From positions 2,046,001-2,110,000 of the forward strand of contig NC_079239.1 in the NCBI RefSeq assembly GCF_027921745.1: a DNA stretch of 64,000 nucleotides, written 5' to 3'. Of this stretch, positions 11,254 through 24,606 are shown piece by piece. Position 1 is the stretch's first letter; every line of letters starts with the position of its first letter. The DNA is from Schizosaccharomyces osmophilus (Eukaryota). The position numbers were made by a program, and so were the translations under genes. Under the pieces are notes generated by a model. It made no database searches, was not told the origin of the DNA, and saw nothing but the letters and a program-made list of their open reading frames with translations.

Positions 11254-12352
11254 TTATACTTCGGCGAGAGGAAGCTTTATTATGGAGTGATAGGTTGCAA
11301 TTCCATAGATGAGTAAGACAAATCCAGTAAATTGCAGGAGATGAAATGATTCCATTCCAAAAAGCAAGGCAATAATCCAGATACCGAATGTGCGACCAAT
11401 GTCGAGAAGAGAACGTGTAGTAGCGGAGTATATTTGTGTGATGGAAAGGCCACTTACGTTAAAAAAGCTATCAAGTTAGCAAAATATTAAGAAACAAACA
11501 GAGATTAGAAAGCATACGCAATGGAGATCATAATAACGAAGGAGATGAAGTAAAGAATACAAGATTCGTTTAGTCGCGAGAAAACGTGAGAGTAGTCAAA
11601 CCAACCATAGCGTCCAGCCTCCGTGGATCCAACAAAATAATAAGAAAGAGCCATACCAAGGAGAACAAAAACGACACCGTAAGTACCTTCATAGGCAACC
11701 AACTCGGGAGGATCGACATGGATGTAAGACAAGATGTATTCTTCGAGGGTAAACTGCACGGCTAAAAAGCCTTGGCCAATAAGTACTGCAGAGATACCTA
11801 ACGTTGGATTTGATCCAACGTTTGATGTAAATCCAGAATAGCCAACAATTGTCACACCCAGTACTACGAAAGCCAAAGAAAGCCACTGATTGCGACCAAT
11901 GTATCTTTTCAAAAATGTGATCGAAAATAAAGCAACGAATATAATTAAGGACCCTCTTGTCATTTGATAAATACTGGCGCTTGTAAACAATAAGCCGACA
12001 TTCATTAATGTAGAGCCAGAAATATCCATTATAGCTGGCAATGCCAAAGCAGCCTTTTCCTTGAGAGTTAACGGTTCTAATGACTCATAATCCGATCCTC
12101 TAGAATAGCGGCGATAAAACACATAAAACCATAAACAAGCCTCTCCCAAGAAGATGTTTAAGCTTTGAAAGATGGCCATACTTTTTATTGGCCCAGCATC
12201 CTCTGCAAGATTATCCTGGTACCTACAAAAAACGCAATGGTTAGTAAACGAGCCTTCATTATTTAGTTCTTCGTTTTTGAGTTCAATGCTTCGTACTTGG
12301 ATAAAATGGTGTTTGCTACACCAGACGCTAACATAACAATTGGTAGCAACAT
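11254..12352 (-). CDS. Nucleotide-sugar transporter (SLC35/EamA-like); introns 12223-12296 and 11468-11517
   Basis: Spliced start MLLPIVMLASGVANTILSKYQDN; ASIYQMTRGSLIIFVALFS; last exon FFNVSGL...KLPLAEV*; multiple TM helices. Confidence 0.85.
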
Positions 12353-13185
12353 ATTGAAGATAATTTGCTGGACAAAATCTTGTTGAATGCTTTTCTTCAC
12401 AGTAATGGCTGTTGGTAATGCCTGACTTTAGCGTTGGTCGCTGGATTCGTACCACAGGAAACGAGTTTCAATTGAAAAAGCTTAAAATAAAGCAAATAAA
12501 ACAAATAAATAGAAAGAAAATATAATATAATTGAGTTGATCTTTTCAACCATGAACCATCTAAATTAATGAACTACATGGACTTGGGAATTACTTATTTC
12601 GCATTTTTTGATGCCGATCCCTTAAGCGAGTAGTATTGATCAACCATGAGTAGATCAGATCGAGAATGACGACGATCTGAATCTTTTCCAATCTGCCCCC
12701 ACTGGGTCCTTAAAATAGCTGGGGTCTAAATGGAAGCAGTTCTGAAGACAAACACGAGAAATAGTACCGTGTGGGGGTTTTTTCGATATGCTAGTCTATT
12801 GGGAATGTGATACGAAAATCAAGGCATATAGGAAAGTCAGTGGACTTAAACAGGAATTTAAATTGAAAGAAAATGAATAAATGAAAAGTTTATGATGGGT
12901 TTGGTAGCTTTGGTTGAACAGCTTACAAAGTATAGAAGCTTTCCCAAAGGAACATGGCATGAAGGTATATATATATAGAAGATAATTCGTTTGTAAGGTT
13001 GGGCTACACTGAATAACATTCTTTCATCAGGAATGAAAATTGATTATTTCCAACATTATATTAATGAACATGACTTGCTGAGAATAAAAATACTGGAGAC
13101 ATTCAATAATTGCGACGGCTGAGACGTGTAAAGCCTCAGAAATGTGAGTATAAGATAGAAATGTTTCCGTCTTGTGGTAATTGTA

Positions 13186-13808
13186 TTAAAGGAAAGAAGA
13201 TATTGTCTTTCCCACTGCATAGTTCCATACGGTCAAGCTGACAGAACCTTTCATAACGAGGTTAGCTAATGAGATTTTAAATATGACTTTTTTTTTTCAA
13301 ACTTACCATATTTAGATCGTGGAAGAGACAAAAACCACAAAGCCCAAGGGGGAAGTAAAAACGCTGGTAAGAAAAAGACAGGTGCTTTGGACTTCTTGTA
13401 CTGCATGTAGAATCGGAATCCTCTAGTCAATATCCAAAGCACAATACTAACGAATTTTTTGAATGTTTCCTGGAATCTTTGAACAACGGTAGACTGGTTT
13501 TCTAACTCTTGATTCAGCTTTTCATACTTTCTGTTCAAACGAGCCCATTTGGCAAACTCATCTTGACTGCTTGTGCGATTCAACTCTTTCTTCAAGCTTA
13601 AAAGCTCTTTGAAAATATCTTTGTTTTTCTTTAGCTCTTCGTTTTTACTACAGGCTAAATAAACTTGGTAAATCTGTCGTTTTAGTTAGTTGTTTCTCAT
13701 CACTTTTGTTGCCTCTGTTATTACCCCGTTAATGGCCTTTTCTTTGAAGTATTTGTCAAAGAAATGAATAAGTAAACTTAAAAGAATTGTAGCAACGATC
13801 AAATCCAT
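13186..13808 (-). CDS. get1: GET complex subunit Get1/WRB; introns 13674-13724 and 13248-13306
   Basis: Coiled-coil signature [16 protein letters not shown]. Spliced N-terminal [19 protein letters not shown] and last exon [12 protein letters not shown]. Confidence 0.9.
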
Positions 13809-14163
13809 GCTGAACTGTTCGGTGGTGGATAACCTTTCTATGTCACTGACGCTGAGGAGGAATCCCTGTGGTTATGGCATGGCTTACTGAATACAAGAGA
13901 GCTGTCTACTCATCAATTACTTGCTTGAATCTATGTCGATAAATAATAGAATTAATTGATCATTTACATTTTATCCATTGCTGTTTTGTTTTTACATTGA
14001 CGAAGAAAAACGTCTAAACATCTTTCCACATGCTTTTTAAAACAATTACCTAGGAACTACATGATTATAATGTTTTAACTAACTTAATGAAATCTCATTG
14101 ACTGAATGTAATGCTATTCTAATCATTCATAATTTTTCCATAACATTTTCTTCAAAATATACA

Positions 14164-16419
14164 TTAGTTGCTTGAAGGAGTTGCAGAAGGGGAGGGTTGC
14201 TGATCAGATGAATTATTATTTCCATACTGGCGCATTATTTTTGAAATGTCCATATGGCGATGAGCATAGGGCCTAGGACCAAGAAGTCCTTCGACTTCAC
14301 TGTATGTAATAACTTCCTTCTCTAGCAAGCGTTTAGCAATGTTTTCTAACCCTTCTTTGTGATCTGTGAGTAGTGTTCTGGTACGCTCATATGCATATTT
14401 GACAAGCTTTCTTATTTCTTCATCAATTATTTGAGCAGTGGCTTCCGAGAATGGTTTTTGAACACTTTCACGAGAGTCCATAGGATAAGAAATAGTGCCT
14501 ACAGAAGAAGACATACCAAATTGAGTGACATATGCCTGAGCCATTCGAGTCACTTTTTGGAAATCGTCGGACGCGCCGGAAGTTATCTTCTCTGTTCCAA
14601 AAAATATTTCTTCTGAAACTCTGCCAGCAAGTGCCATTCCCATCTGATCTAATATTTGGCCTTTACTCATAAGATACTGATCTCTTGGCAAGTAGCTAGC
14701 ATAACCCAAAGCTTGGGCTCTTGGAATGATAGATACCTTCAAAAGAGGATCAACGTATTCCATGAACCATCCAGCAACAGCATGACCAGCCTCATGATGA
14801 GCAACAGTGTTTTTCTCCTCAGGGCTCAAGACACGGCTCTTCTTTTCCAAACCAGCAGTTACACGCTCAATAGCTTGCTCAAAATGGACCATTTGAACAC
14901 TGTCACTACCGCCACGAGCAGCAATCAAAGCACCTTCATTACAAACGTTCATTATGTCGGCACCAGTAAATCCAGAAGTAAGCACAGATAAACGCTTAGC
15001 AACCACGTTGCGATCATCAAAGGCTTTGATGCGATGTAAATGGACCTTAAATATTTGTTCACGTCCACCAATGTCGGGACGATCAATATGAACTTGGCGA
15101 TCAAAACGACCAGGTCGAAGCAAAGCGGGATCCAAGACATCAGGCCGATTGGTACCTGCGAAGACAACAATATGTTCACTGGGCGTAAAACCATCCATTT
15201 CCACCAAAAGTTGGTTCAGTGTACTTTCACGCTCATCGTTTGATCCAAATTGACCACCACGACCTCTCGCTTTACCAATAGCATCAATTTCATCTACGAA
15301 AATAATACAAGGTGCATTCTTTCTTGCAGTTGCAAAGAGATCACGTACTCGAGATGGACCAACACCAACAAACATTTCTAAGAATTCGGAACCAGAAACA
15401 CTAAGGAAGGGAACACTGGCCTCTCCAGCGGTAGCCTTGGCAAGTAACGTTTTACCAGTACCAGGAGGACCAGAAAGAATAGCACCACGAGGAATCTTCG
15501 CACCTAAACGCTCATAAAATGCGGGATCTTTCAAAAACTTCACAAATTCCATAATTTCTTCTTTTGCCTCATCAACACCGGCGACATCAGCGAACTTAGT
15601 TTTGATGTCCGTTTCATGATTAAACATTTTTGCGCGACTCTTTCCAATTCCAAAAATTCCACCTTGGCCTCCGCCAGCGGCACCAGAAGCGCGACGAGAC
15701 AAGTAAATGACACTTCCTATAATCAATAAAGTAGGGGCAAATGATAGTAAAGTACCAAGCAAGGAGACTTCGTCATGATACGCTACAGGAACAGATTCCG
15801 AAGATGGAATCCCAAGTTCCTTTTGAGCAGCCTCAAGTTTCCTATCAAAAGACTCGACTGATCCAATTGAAAAGTAGTACTGACCAGATGCATTGGGCAT
15901 ACCTCCACGTAAAATAACGCGGACGCGGTTTTGGTTGACGACTATCAACCGTTCAACAAGACCTTTATCCAAAAACTGTTGACGGAAATCTTGCCAAGTG
16001 ATTTCTTGCATATTTGCCCCAGGCGATAAAACGTTGTATAAAACATAAGCCACTAAAATACTACCCAGTATAGTATTTCCGTTTAAAGCTACTTCAAATA
16101 CCTTTTTGTTGTTTCCATCACCGCCCCAGTCATTTTTCTTTTTATCGTCGTTTTTCTTGTCATCTCCTTTTTCCTTAGTATTGGGATCCGGCTTTGATGA
16201 ATTATTTTGCGAAAGGCGAGAGCTTTGGTGAAAAAACCGAGAAGCTAACTTGGGTACATAAGGTTTTGAGGTACCTTTCAAATTAGCAGTATTCTCATTT
16301 TTAGGGATATCTGGGATGACAGAAAAATGTCTCTGAAAAAAAAACTTCGAATTTAATACCCTCGAAGAAAATAGTCTTGGTTGCTGCGCATTGACTGCGC
16401 GTAATGTTTTAGAGATCAT
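14164..16419 (-). CDS. yta12: Mitochondrial m-AAA protease (FtsH/AFG3L2 family)
   Basis: Presequence-like N-terminus, two TMs, Walker [27 protein letters not shown] and the HEAGH zinc motif. Confidence 0.93.
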   Translation of the reverse strand: MISKTLRAVNAQQPRLFSSRVLNSKFFFQRHFSVIPDIPKNENTANLKGTSKPYVPKLASRFFHQSSRLSQNNSSKPDPNTKEKGDDKKNDDKKKNDWGGDGNNKKVFEVALNGNTILGSILVAYVLYNVLSPGANMQEITWQDFRQQFLDKGLVERLIVVNQNRVRVILRGGMPNASGQYYFSIGSVESFDRKLEAAQKELGIPSSESVPVAYHDEVSLLGTLLSFAPTLLIIGSVIYLSRRASGAAGGGQGGIFGIGKSRAKMFNHETDIKTKFADVAGVDEAKEEIMEFVKFLKDPAFYERLGAKIPRGAILSGPPGTGKTLLAKATAGEASVPFLSVSGSEFLEMFVGVGPSRVRDLFATARKNAPCIIFVDEIDAIGKARGRGGQFGSNDERESTLNQLLVEMDGFTPSEHIVVFAGTNRPDVLDPALLRPGRFDRQVHIDRPDIGGREQIFKVHLHRIKAFDDRNVVAKRLSVLTSGFTGADIMNVCNEGALIAARGGSDSVQMVHFEQAIERVTAGLEKKSRVLSPEEKNTVAHHEAGHAVAGWFMEYVDPLLKVSIIPRAQALGYASYLPRDQYLMSKGQILDQMGMALAGRVSEEIFFGTEKITSGASDDFQKVTRMAQAYVTQFGMSSSVGTISYPMDSRESVQKPFSEATAQIIDEEIRKLVKYAYERTRTLLTDHKEGLENIAKRLLEKEVITYSEVEGLLGPRPYAHRHMDISKIMRQYGNNNSSDQQPSPSATPSSN

Positions 16420-17382
16420 TCCACTAAAAGTGAGAATGGAATCACTAGAGTACTTGCGAAAAGATGCCTTAAGAAGACAATCAATTATGTTTTTTTAATA
16501 CTTTGAAACGATTTATAAGTGCCAAATTGATTGGAGAGTTTGTAATCAAAAAAATGGTCTTGAACACTTTCCTCTTCGTGTTAGTAATCGAACGCAAATA
16601 AAGCTTTTAGCAGTTGAGATCCACAAAACTTCCTTTTAAGCCTCTAAAGTATGAAACAAAAAAGTTTAGACTAAAGCTTGTACTTGTTCACCGGTTACTG
16701 TATAGAGGCAGTTAGCCCGTAAATTAGGTGAGCAAGTTGATTCTAATATTTAGAATCTTAACGAATAAAAGTTATGAATCAGGATTAATAATTAATCCTG
16801 CCTTATTATTGTAGTACTGGCAAATGTGAAAAGAAGGAGTAAGGTGGTGGTCAGTAGACGACGTGAGTGTAATACTCCATATATACAGTCTGTCTCCCTT
16901 GATTTATTTTTCGGTTTCTTAATATGTACATGGATTTATTTGTTTACTTTTTCCTCTTATTTTTTGAAAGCTTTTTTAAGAATGTATTTTGTTGAGTTAC
17001 ACGAGTATCGAAAGAAATAGTCCTTCTTTTGTAATACATAGACTAATGCTGAAGCTGAAATTAATGATATCTTTAAAAACATATCCTAAAGTAATGCAGT
17101 TAAAGCATGTGTCTATCTTTTGGTTCAGGTTATTGTTGAAGAGAATCAATTTTATAATCTAATCAAGCGGTACTCGATGATTCAAGAAAAACCATTCTTC
17201 TCTATTTCCAAGAGGAAAAAAAAAATAACATCTTAAAATGGAAGGATATAGCTAACATGACAGGGTTCCTTGGGAAAGAATAAGTTTTCATAATCTTCAG
17301 TGATGAGGGTAAAATCATAAAGGTTTTCAAAAAGTAAATATAAAATAAAACTGGAAAAATGGATAACTAAAGACTGTATCTC

Positions 17383-18138
17383 TCATGCGTCTTCAGGAGA
17401 TCCTAGAATTGACGAAACAAAAGGAACTTTAGAACATAAGACATAGACGACAGCCCATTCCAAAATTCCTGAAAAGAATCCAGTAAATTTCTCAAGTGTG
17501 GTATGGTAATAAGCTGTAGTAACAAACAGCATCCACCACCATAAGCATAACAAGCCTGTCAAAAACTTTGTCGACGTAGACTTGATCCCATGATGGACGA
17601 AATAGTCAAAGTTTTCTGCAAGCATAAAAAGACTAGAATGAGTTAACAAAAACACATGACCAGATAAATCATGGCCTCCGGTCCAAAAACCATTTGCGGT
17701 TTTACAGTGAACAGCCGTTTTTGGATGAAATGTTATACTCGCGACATCAAAGTCCACACAAGTCCCCCCTGTCAAGGCGAAGGCCCGATCTATAAGACTT
17801 GGTCCAACAAACCATTGTGTAACAAGGAACCACCAAAGCGTAGCTAGCACATAACGAATAATAAGTTTGTGTCCAAGCTGTTTATTTTTCTGATACCATA
17901 TATGTGAGAAGTACGCAACAGTAGTCCAGAACCATCCTTTCTTTACAAACAAAATGTTAATCAAGTTTTTCGAATTGCCAAAGTAATTCGCAATCTTGGA
18001 TCTATCTAGGAATCCACCATAAATGGTTCCTAGGAACATTGTCGCAGCATAAATTTCAAATAAAAAAATGTCTCGGCGTCTTAATCCCCAAAAGTACACC
18101 CTTTCATTCCAATATTTAGAAGCAGTGTTTTCGCTCAT
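17383..18138 (-). CDS. FIT family (Scs3/Yft2) ER acyl-CoA diphosphatase / lipid-storage protein
   Basis: Motifs NILFVKKGWFWT, GGHDLSGHVFLL and YHTTLEK. First ATG at 18138 (MSENT). Confidence 0.9.
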   Translation of the reverse strand: MSENTASKYWNERVYFWGLRRRDIFLFEIYAATMFLGTIYGGFLDRSKIANYFGNSKNLINILFVKKGWFWTTVAYFSHIWYQKNKQLGHKLIIRYVLATLWWFLVTQWFVGPSLIDRAFALTGGTCVDFDVASITFHPKTAVHCKTANGFWTGGHDLSGHVFLLTHSSLFMLAENFDYFVHHGIKSTSTKFLTGLLCLWWWMLFVTTAYYHTTLEKFTGFFSGILEWAVVYVLCSKVPFVSSILGSPEDA

Positions 18139-18845
18139 TGCTTTCTTTATTTTAACAGATAAAAAAAAAAGGAATTGCTTTATTTTAATATAGGGATTGG
18201 TCAATTCTTTAACTAAAATGAGTGAATTAAGTATTATTGCCTTAGGCAAAATTGTTGGGAGTAAGTAAAATTAGCAATGAGAGAATGTACCAACAAAATG
18301 AACTACCAACGACATAACGTGTCTTTACTTTTATGGTAATGTGGCCTGGTTTTGTTTTAATTCACGAGTTTTTATTAGACACTCGTTCTAACTTAGTTTT
18401 GATCAATTCAAGCACTCATGCCGACAAGAAGGGTTGCTGTAATTAGGAAATTGTTTCAAAACGCCTTCTATGTTATTTCCTGTTTAATTTTGATTACCAT
18501 GACCTATGAGAAAATCTTGATATACGGACATTTAAAGAACTACTATTTTATTAGTATTTAATTCATGGCTCTAAGAGGGTTGAAGGAAATCGTCGAAATT
18601 AAGAGTCGGGGTTGTAATCAGTGTAGTTTGAAAAATATAGCGGTCTGAAAAAGAGCAATTAGGAAACCTTTGAATAGGTATTCATAAAGTATATAATTGA
18701 AAACGAGAGGAATGGGTTCCAACCAAGGAAGAAGAGCAATCTGAAAAGGAAATTTAAGATAACCTTTTTACGAAAAAGCCTGACAAAAATGTATTTTTTA
18801 AAGGGCAATGAATTAGTAAAAGAGAAATTTTTGAAATTTAAGTCA

Positions 18846-20045
18846 TTAATCCAACCACACCTGACGCAAAAATTCCTCCATATTCACATCTATACGTTCA
18901 AAAGCTTTCACCCATGGGTGACAAAGCATCTTTTGAGGCCCAGGACGTTCATCTTTATTCTTTATAAGACTACACAAAGAGTTAGCAGAGCAAAATAAAA
19001 GCGATTGATATGTCTTACCAAACACAAAGGAAATGACGAAAAGCCCTCGACCATGTAATTCCCGATTCCTCAGGGAGAGCAGGCGGCGGCATATTGATGA
19101 TATATGACAAGAGTTCAATTGGCATTAAAGGAGGACTTTCTTCTGGTGGAAATGGAAACCTATTCAACGCAACCTCCATAAGCGTCAACCCAAGGGACCA
19201 AATATCAGAAGAGATGGTATATGCAGAACCAGAAATGCGTTCAGGCGCCATATAATAGGAAGTACCTGTAAAGGTTCCGGCTAATGAGTTTACAAGTTCA
19301 CCCGATACGCCAAAATCGCAAAGCTTTACCTGGCCTGTTGCAGTCATCAAAATGTTGGAGGGTTTTATGTCACGGTGAATGATTTTTCGATCGTGTAAGT
19401 AGCTCAAACCACTAAGTACACCATGAGCAATTTTGCCCAAAGGTCGTTCGCCTGTACGACCTCCTTTTGCGCTTACACGCTTATAAACAGCGTCTAAAGA
19501 ACCAGCCCCACAATGTTCCATAGCAATATTAAGCTGGCATTCTGCAACATCGTAGCAAGCACCATAGTATTTTACAACGTGAGGAGAAGCACAACTACGA
19601 TTAATCTTCAACTCACGAAGGAGCTGGCGTTGCACACTCGTATTCGGTGCACTAAAGACAGTCTAGAGGCTCGTTTAGTAAAAATTTAAAAAGGCTTAAA
19701 GAACATTCAACGTACCTTTAATGCAAAAATAAGATCTGTTCCACGGACCTTGCATTTTCGAACAGATCCGCTAACACCATCACCTAAACTGTTCATGTAC
19801 AGGATCCCTCCATTTGTTACAAGATCCTCAAGTTGCTCGTCATCTATGTCTTCTAATGAACGGATAGTATTGTTTTCTAAACGGTTTCGCTTGTCGGCAA
19901 TCGGATCCGATTGCTTCTCATTTGGAGAAAAAACTAAATCAGTAATTTCAAGAATTTCTTCTTGTCTTCGCTTTTCCGGTTGACTGATTCGTTCTTCAGA
20001 GAACCCATCACTCGTATCCAAATTCAATAAAGGTTTTTGACGCAT
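18846..20045 (-). CDS. pek1: MAP kinase kinase Pek1 (Mkk1/2-like, cell-integrity pathway); introns 19663-19715 and 18970-19018
   Basis: Three ORF pieces splice in frame. Motifs LGDGVSGSV, HRDIKPSN and DFGVSGELVNSLAGTFTGTSYYMAPE. Confidence 0.93.
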
Positions 20046-20679
20046 AGAGAATACATTACCAAATCAAGGCTTGGCACAAAAAGTAAATTCAAAGAAAATG
20101 AAAACAAAAACTATGGACTATTCCTTTTATCGAGTAGCATTCACGACCGAAGTAAAAAAAGAGTAGTGGTCGAGTATACGTTTCGGAGAGTAGAGCGCGA
20201 GGCACATAAATTAAATTCACACAGTACGCATCTCCTCAGAAAAATATAAACTGGCAGATGAATTCAGAGAGAACACCTTGCCAATTTATAAGAGAAATAA
20301 ATTAAATAGAAGTAGAAAAAATTAGATCGTGAAAGGCTATGGTAATGCTATTTTGGAACCATATCAGGCATGGTGGAAAGAAGAACATGAACGCGTAAAC
20401 ATAAATGTTACTTTCTCGTGGGTTTGTCCTACGAGGAATCATATTGTTTACAACTCATTTTAAATTTTTTTTTTTTTTTCGTTGTGTTTATATAAACAAA
20501 CCAGCTTCCAGTAGATACAAAATAGCAACTTACATTAGCGTTCGTTAAGTGGGTATATCAGTGTAGAACGATGCAATTCATGGTGGAAACTGAAAATTCG
20601 CGTCGAATAACAAAAGCAAATATTTAGACAGAATCCATCTTTGTGGCATTGTAAAATACTGGTATAAAGCGAATTTGAC

Positions 20680-22161
20680 ATGTCTGAAAACCAGGATGTT
20701 TCGTTTGCTGATCTAGGGATATCTCCTTGGCTAATTGACACATTGCAGGCTTTAGCTATTTTTAAACCTACAGATGTTCAAAAAGGAGTAATTCCTCCAA
20801 TCTTAAAAGGTAAAAACTTGCTTTCGTATTCTGTTCTTTTGACTAACTTGATATTTAGGCCATGATTGCATAGGTGGTGCTAAAACTGGTTCTGGTAAAA
20901 CAGCTGCATTTGCACTTCCAATTCTCGAGAGTTGGTCTAGGGATCCATCTGGTATTTATGCTGTTATCTTAACCCCTACAAGGTATTGACTACTTTCACT
21001 TGAAATCTTACCTTACTTACTAACGTTGTCGTTAGAGAATTGGCTATTCAAATTGACGAACAGTTTGCTGCGCTCGGATCAAACATGAGCTTGAAACATA
21101 CCCTTATCGTTGGTGGAATGGATATGATAGCTCAGGCAATTGCATTATCACGAAGGCCGCATGTAGTTGTTGCTACTCCAGGCCGTTTAGCCGATTTAAT
21201 TCGAAGCAACGGACCCGAAACTACAGCTGGTTTGCAAAGAGTAAAGTTTCTTGTTATGGATGAGGCTGATCGATTACTTTCTTCTACCTTTGCCGATGAT
21301 TTAGGAGACTGTTTCTCAAGTCTTCCACCTTCAGAAAATCGACAAACTCTTCTATTTACGGCCACTATCACAGATGCAATTCGACAACTAAAAGAAAAGC
21401 CAACAAAGGGGAATAAGCCTCCCCTTTGCCTTTATGAAATTGAATCTGATAAAATTTCGGTTCCTTCAACCCTGCAGCAAGATTATGTTTTTGTTGCTTC
21501 ACACGTTCGTGAGGCGTATTTAGTACACTTGCTTTCAATTCCCGAAAACGCTGAGAAATCTGTAATCATCTTCGTCAATCGCACCCACACCGCTGAGCTT
21601 ATTTATTCAATGCTTCGTTTACTGGAATTTCGAAGTACGGAATTACATTCCCAAATGGCTCAACGAGAACGTATTAATTCTTTAGGACGATTTCGTGCAG
21701 AGGTTGCTCGAATTTTGGTCGCCACAGATGTCGCCAGTAGAGGTCTGGATATTCCATCTGTGCAATTAATTATCAATTACGATCTACCTCGTGATCCTGA
21801 CGATTACATCCACCGAGTTGGTCGTACAGCTCGTGCTGGAAGATCCGGTCAGGCTATATCTGTTGTTACAGAACACGATGTGGAACTGGTTCATGCCATT
21901 GAAGATCGTGTAGGATCAACGATGTCCGAGTATGAACATGCCTCTGAGAACAAGGTTTTGGAGCGTTTGAAGGAAGTAACTGATGCTAAGCGTCAAGCCT
22001 CTCTGGAAATGATTGATCGCGGTTTCGGTGAGCGTAGACAAAAGCAGAAAGAAAAACAATTAATGGCCAGTGGCCACTTGGGTATCAATGACAGTAGAAA
22101 CAAAAGAAGAAAAAATAAGGGCACTAAAAGTGACCAAAAGATGAAAAAAACAAGAAATTAA
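20680..22161 (+). CDS. dbp8: DEAD-box RNA helicase Dbp8/DDX49; introns 20810-20858 and 20983-21035
   Basis: Q motif, [14 protein letters not shown] (across an intron), DEAD, TAT in place of [16 protein letters not shown]. Confidence 0.92.
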
Positions 22162-22686
22162 GAGGAATTTTTGGGGTTAATGGATAATGGTGTCTGGCTT
22201 TGTCCTTCTATGTAAAGTTGAAAATGGATTATATGGTTTTGCTATTATAGAGGAACTAATAAATAATATATCTGTCGATATAAGCGGCACTTTATACTTC
22301 TGGATAAAATTGGTTATAAGAGATATACTAATTGCGTGTTTCCTACCATATTCATTTTAAAACTTAGTTACAATTCATTGCAAATAATGCTGCAACTAGG
22401 AAGCACTTTCATAGATTGATATTAGCAAGAGTTCATTTCTGCTGACTCTTCCGGCCTCTTTTATTACTGACATTTTCCATACCATGTAATTTTTACTTTT
22501 ATTGAGAGAATGAAACATGCATTCATAAAACCAAGTAAAGCAGCATACTCCTAAACTGGCAATTCCACAAATAAGTCATTGGCGCAACTTCATAAAGCAT
22601 TTTTCGAAAACTAGGTAACATTACGTTACTTTATAAATAATATGAGAGATGTTCAGTTTTGCAAATGTGTACTGCTTGAAGATTCA

Positions 22687-24489
22687 ATGGGATCGATTAC
22701 ACTTCGAAAGAGACTCAAAAAGCTTGACTTTAAGCCGGGACATTCCATTTATGAGGATATCCGTCAACGCGTCCCCTATTATAAGTCAGACTGGCGAGAT
22801 GCTTGGCATTATCGAATATTGCCAGCAAGCTTGAATATTTATTTTGCAAAGTATGTATTTTAACCTTTCTATTACAGTTCTAAAAGTATTTTGTTCAATT
22901 GGAATTTCCTTGAACAGCAATTGCTAATATTTAGTTTGCTGCCCGAATTAGCCTTTGCTCTAGACATGTTTTCTAAAACAGAAAATAGCTTCGGTGTCAA
23001 TGAGGTTTTGTTAGCAAGTGTTCTTGGCTCAGTTGTTTTTTCGTTATTATCTTCGCAGCCTTTATGCATCGTTGGTGTTACCGGTCCGATTACTGTATTT
23101 AATTACACGATTTACAACATTATTCATGACAGAAATACGCCATATTTTCCTTTTCTTTGTTGGATCTGTTTATGGTCTGCGGTTTTCCATTGTATAATTG
23201 CTCTCACGAACCTCGTACACTTTGTTAAATACATGTATGTGTTATATTACTAAATGACTAAAGCTAACTCTATGAAGTACGAAATTTAGTTGCGAGATTT
23301 TCGGGCTATATGTTGCATTTATTTATTTGGAGAAGGGTGTTCAAGTTTTAACTGATCAGCTTCAACATGGCCTAGCCAACACTTTTCTTGCAATAACTAT
23401 TGCTTTATTATTTCTAATTATTGGTTGGGCTTGTAATTGTATCGGAAGCTCGTCTCTGTTTAATCATAGAGTCCGAGTTTTCTTACTTGATTATGGCTTG
23501 GTAGCTTCAATTATTTTTTTTAGTGGCTTTCAACATATAGGGAAAATGCGTCAGATAGACTTGTCAAAGTTGCCAACGTCGAAGGCTTTTCTGCCTACTC
23601 AGGACCGAAGTTGGTTTATCAAATTTTGGCAAATCTCTGTAGGAGATGTTTTTTTGGCTATTCCATTCGCTATTATATTGACCATACTGTTTTATTTTGA
23701 TCATAATGTTTCGGTACGGTAAGAGATAAGTTTGATTTTTACTAACAGCTTGTTGAAGTCATTAATGGCACAAGATCCTTCGTTTCCTCTGAAGAAACCT
23801 TCTGGGTTCCATTGGGACTTCTTTTTATTGGGAATAACGACTGGTGTTAGTGGAATTCTCGGGATACCCGCACCAAACGGCCTTATCCCTCAAGCACCGA
23901 TGCATACAGCGACCCTTTGTGTAACAAAAATTGAGAAAGACGACGAAGAAAAGCAAGCTTGGAAAATAAAAGTAGTGATTGAGCGAGTTATTGAACAAAG
24001 AGTGAGCAATTTTCTACAAGGATTAATGACGCTGGGAACTATGACAGGACCGCTGTTGGTAGTTTTGCATCAGATTCCCCAATGCGTCTTAGCAGGCTTA
24101 TTTTGGGTACGTATTTTATTTTTTTAGCATCAAAAAATGATAATGCTAATCGCATCTAGGTTATGGGATTGTCCGCTATTGCTGGTAATAATATAGCACG
24201 AAATATTTTTTATATATTTGGAGATCGAAGAGTTTTATCACAAGGTCATGTGCTAAATCACTGTCGATCGCGTAAAGCAGTTTGGTTGTATACTTGTCTG
24301 CAACTATTGGGTTTTGGAGCGACATTCGCAATTACACAGATTGACAAAGCGTCAATTGGATTCCCAATAGTCATTCTTTTATTAATTCCATTTCGAACAT
24401 ACTTAATGCCCCGATGGTTTTATGAGGAAGATTTAGAAATTCTTGATGAAAATGTGGGGCTTTCAGCATATCGTGAGGGAGCTTTCTAG
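22687..24489 (+). CDS. bor1: SLC4/Bor1 borate-bicarbonate anion exchanger; introns 22851-22934, 23235-23277, 23714-23758, 24107-24159
   Basis: Five ORF pieces splice in frame. Motifs YYKSDWRDA, QPLCIVGVTGP, FYFDHNVSSLMAQ, LKKPSGFHWD, GLIPQAPMH and EQRVSN. Confidence 0.9.
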
Positions 24490-24606
24490 GATTTATTTGT
24501 CTTCTGTTTTATTTATGAGAACCAAGTTATAATTGTATCATTAGCATTTTATTATACACATATGAATTATGAAAAGTCGAAACATGTGCAAAAATCTACA
24601 TTATAA

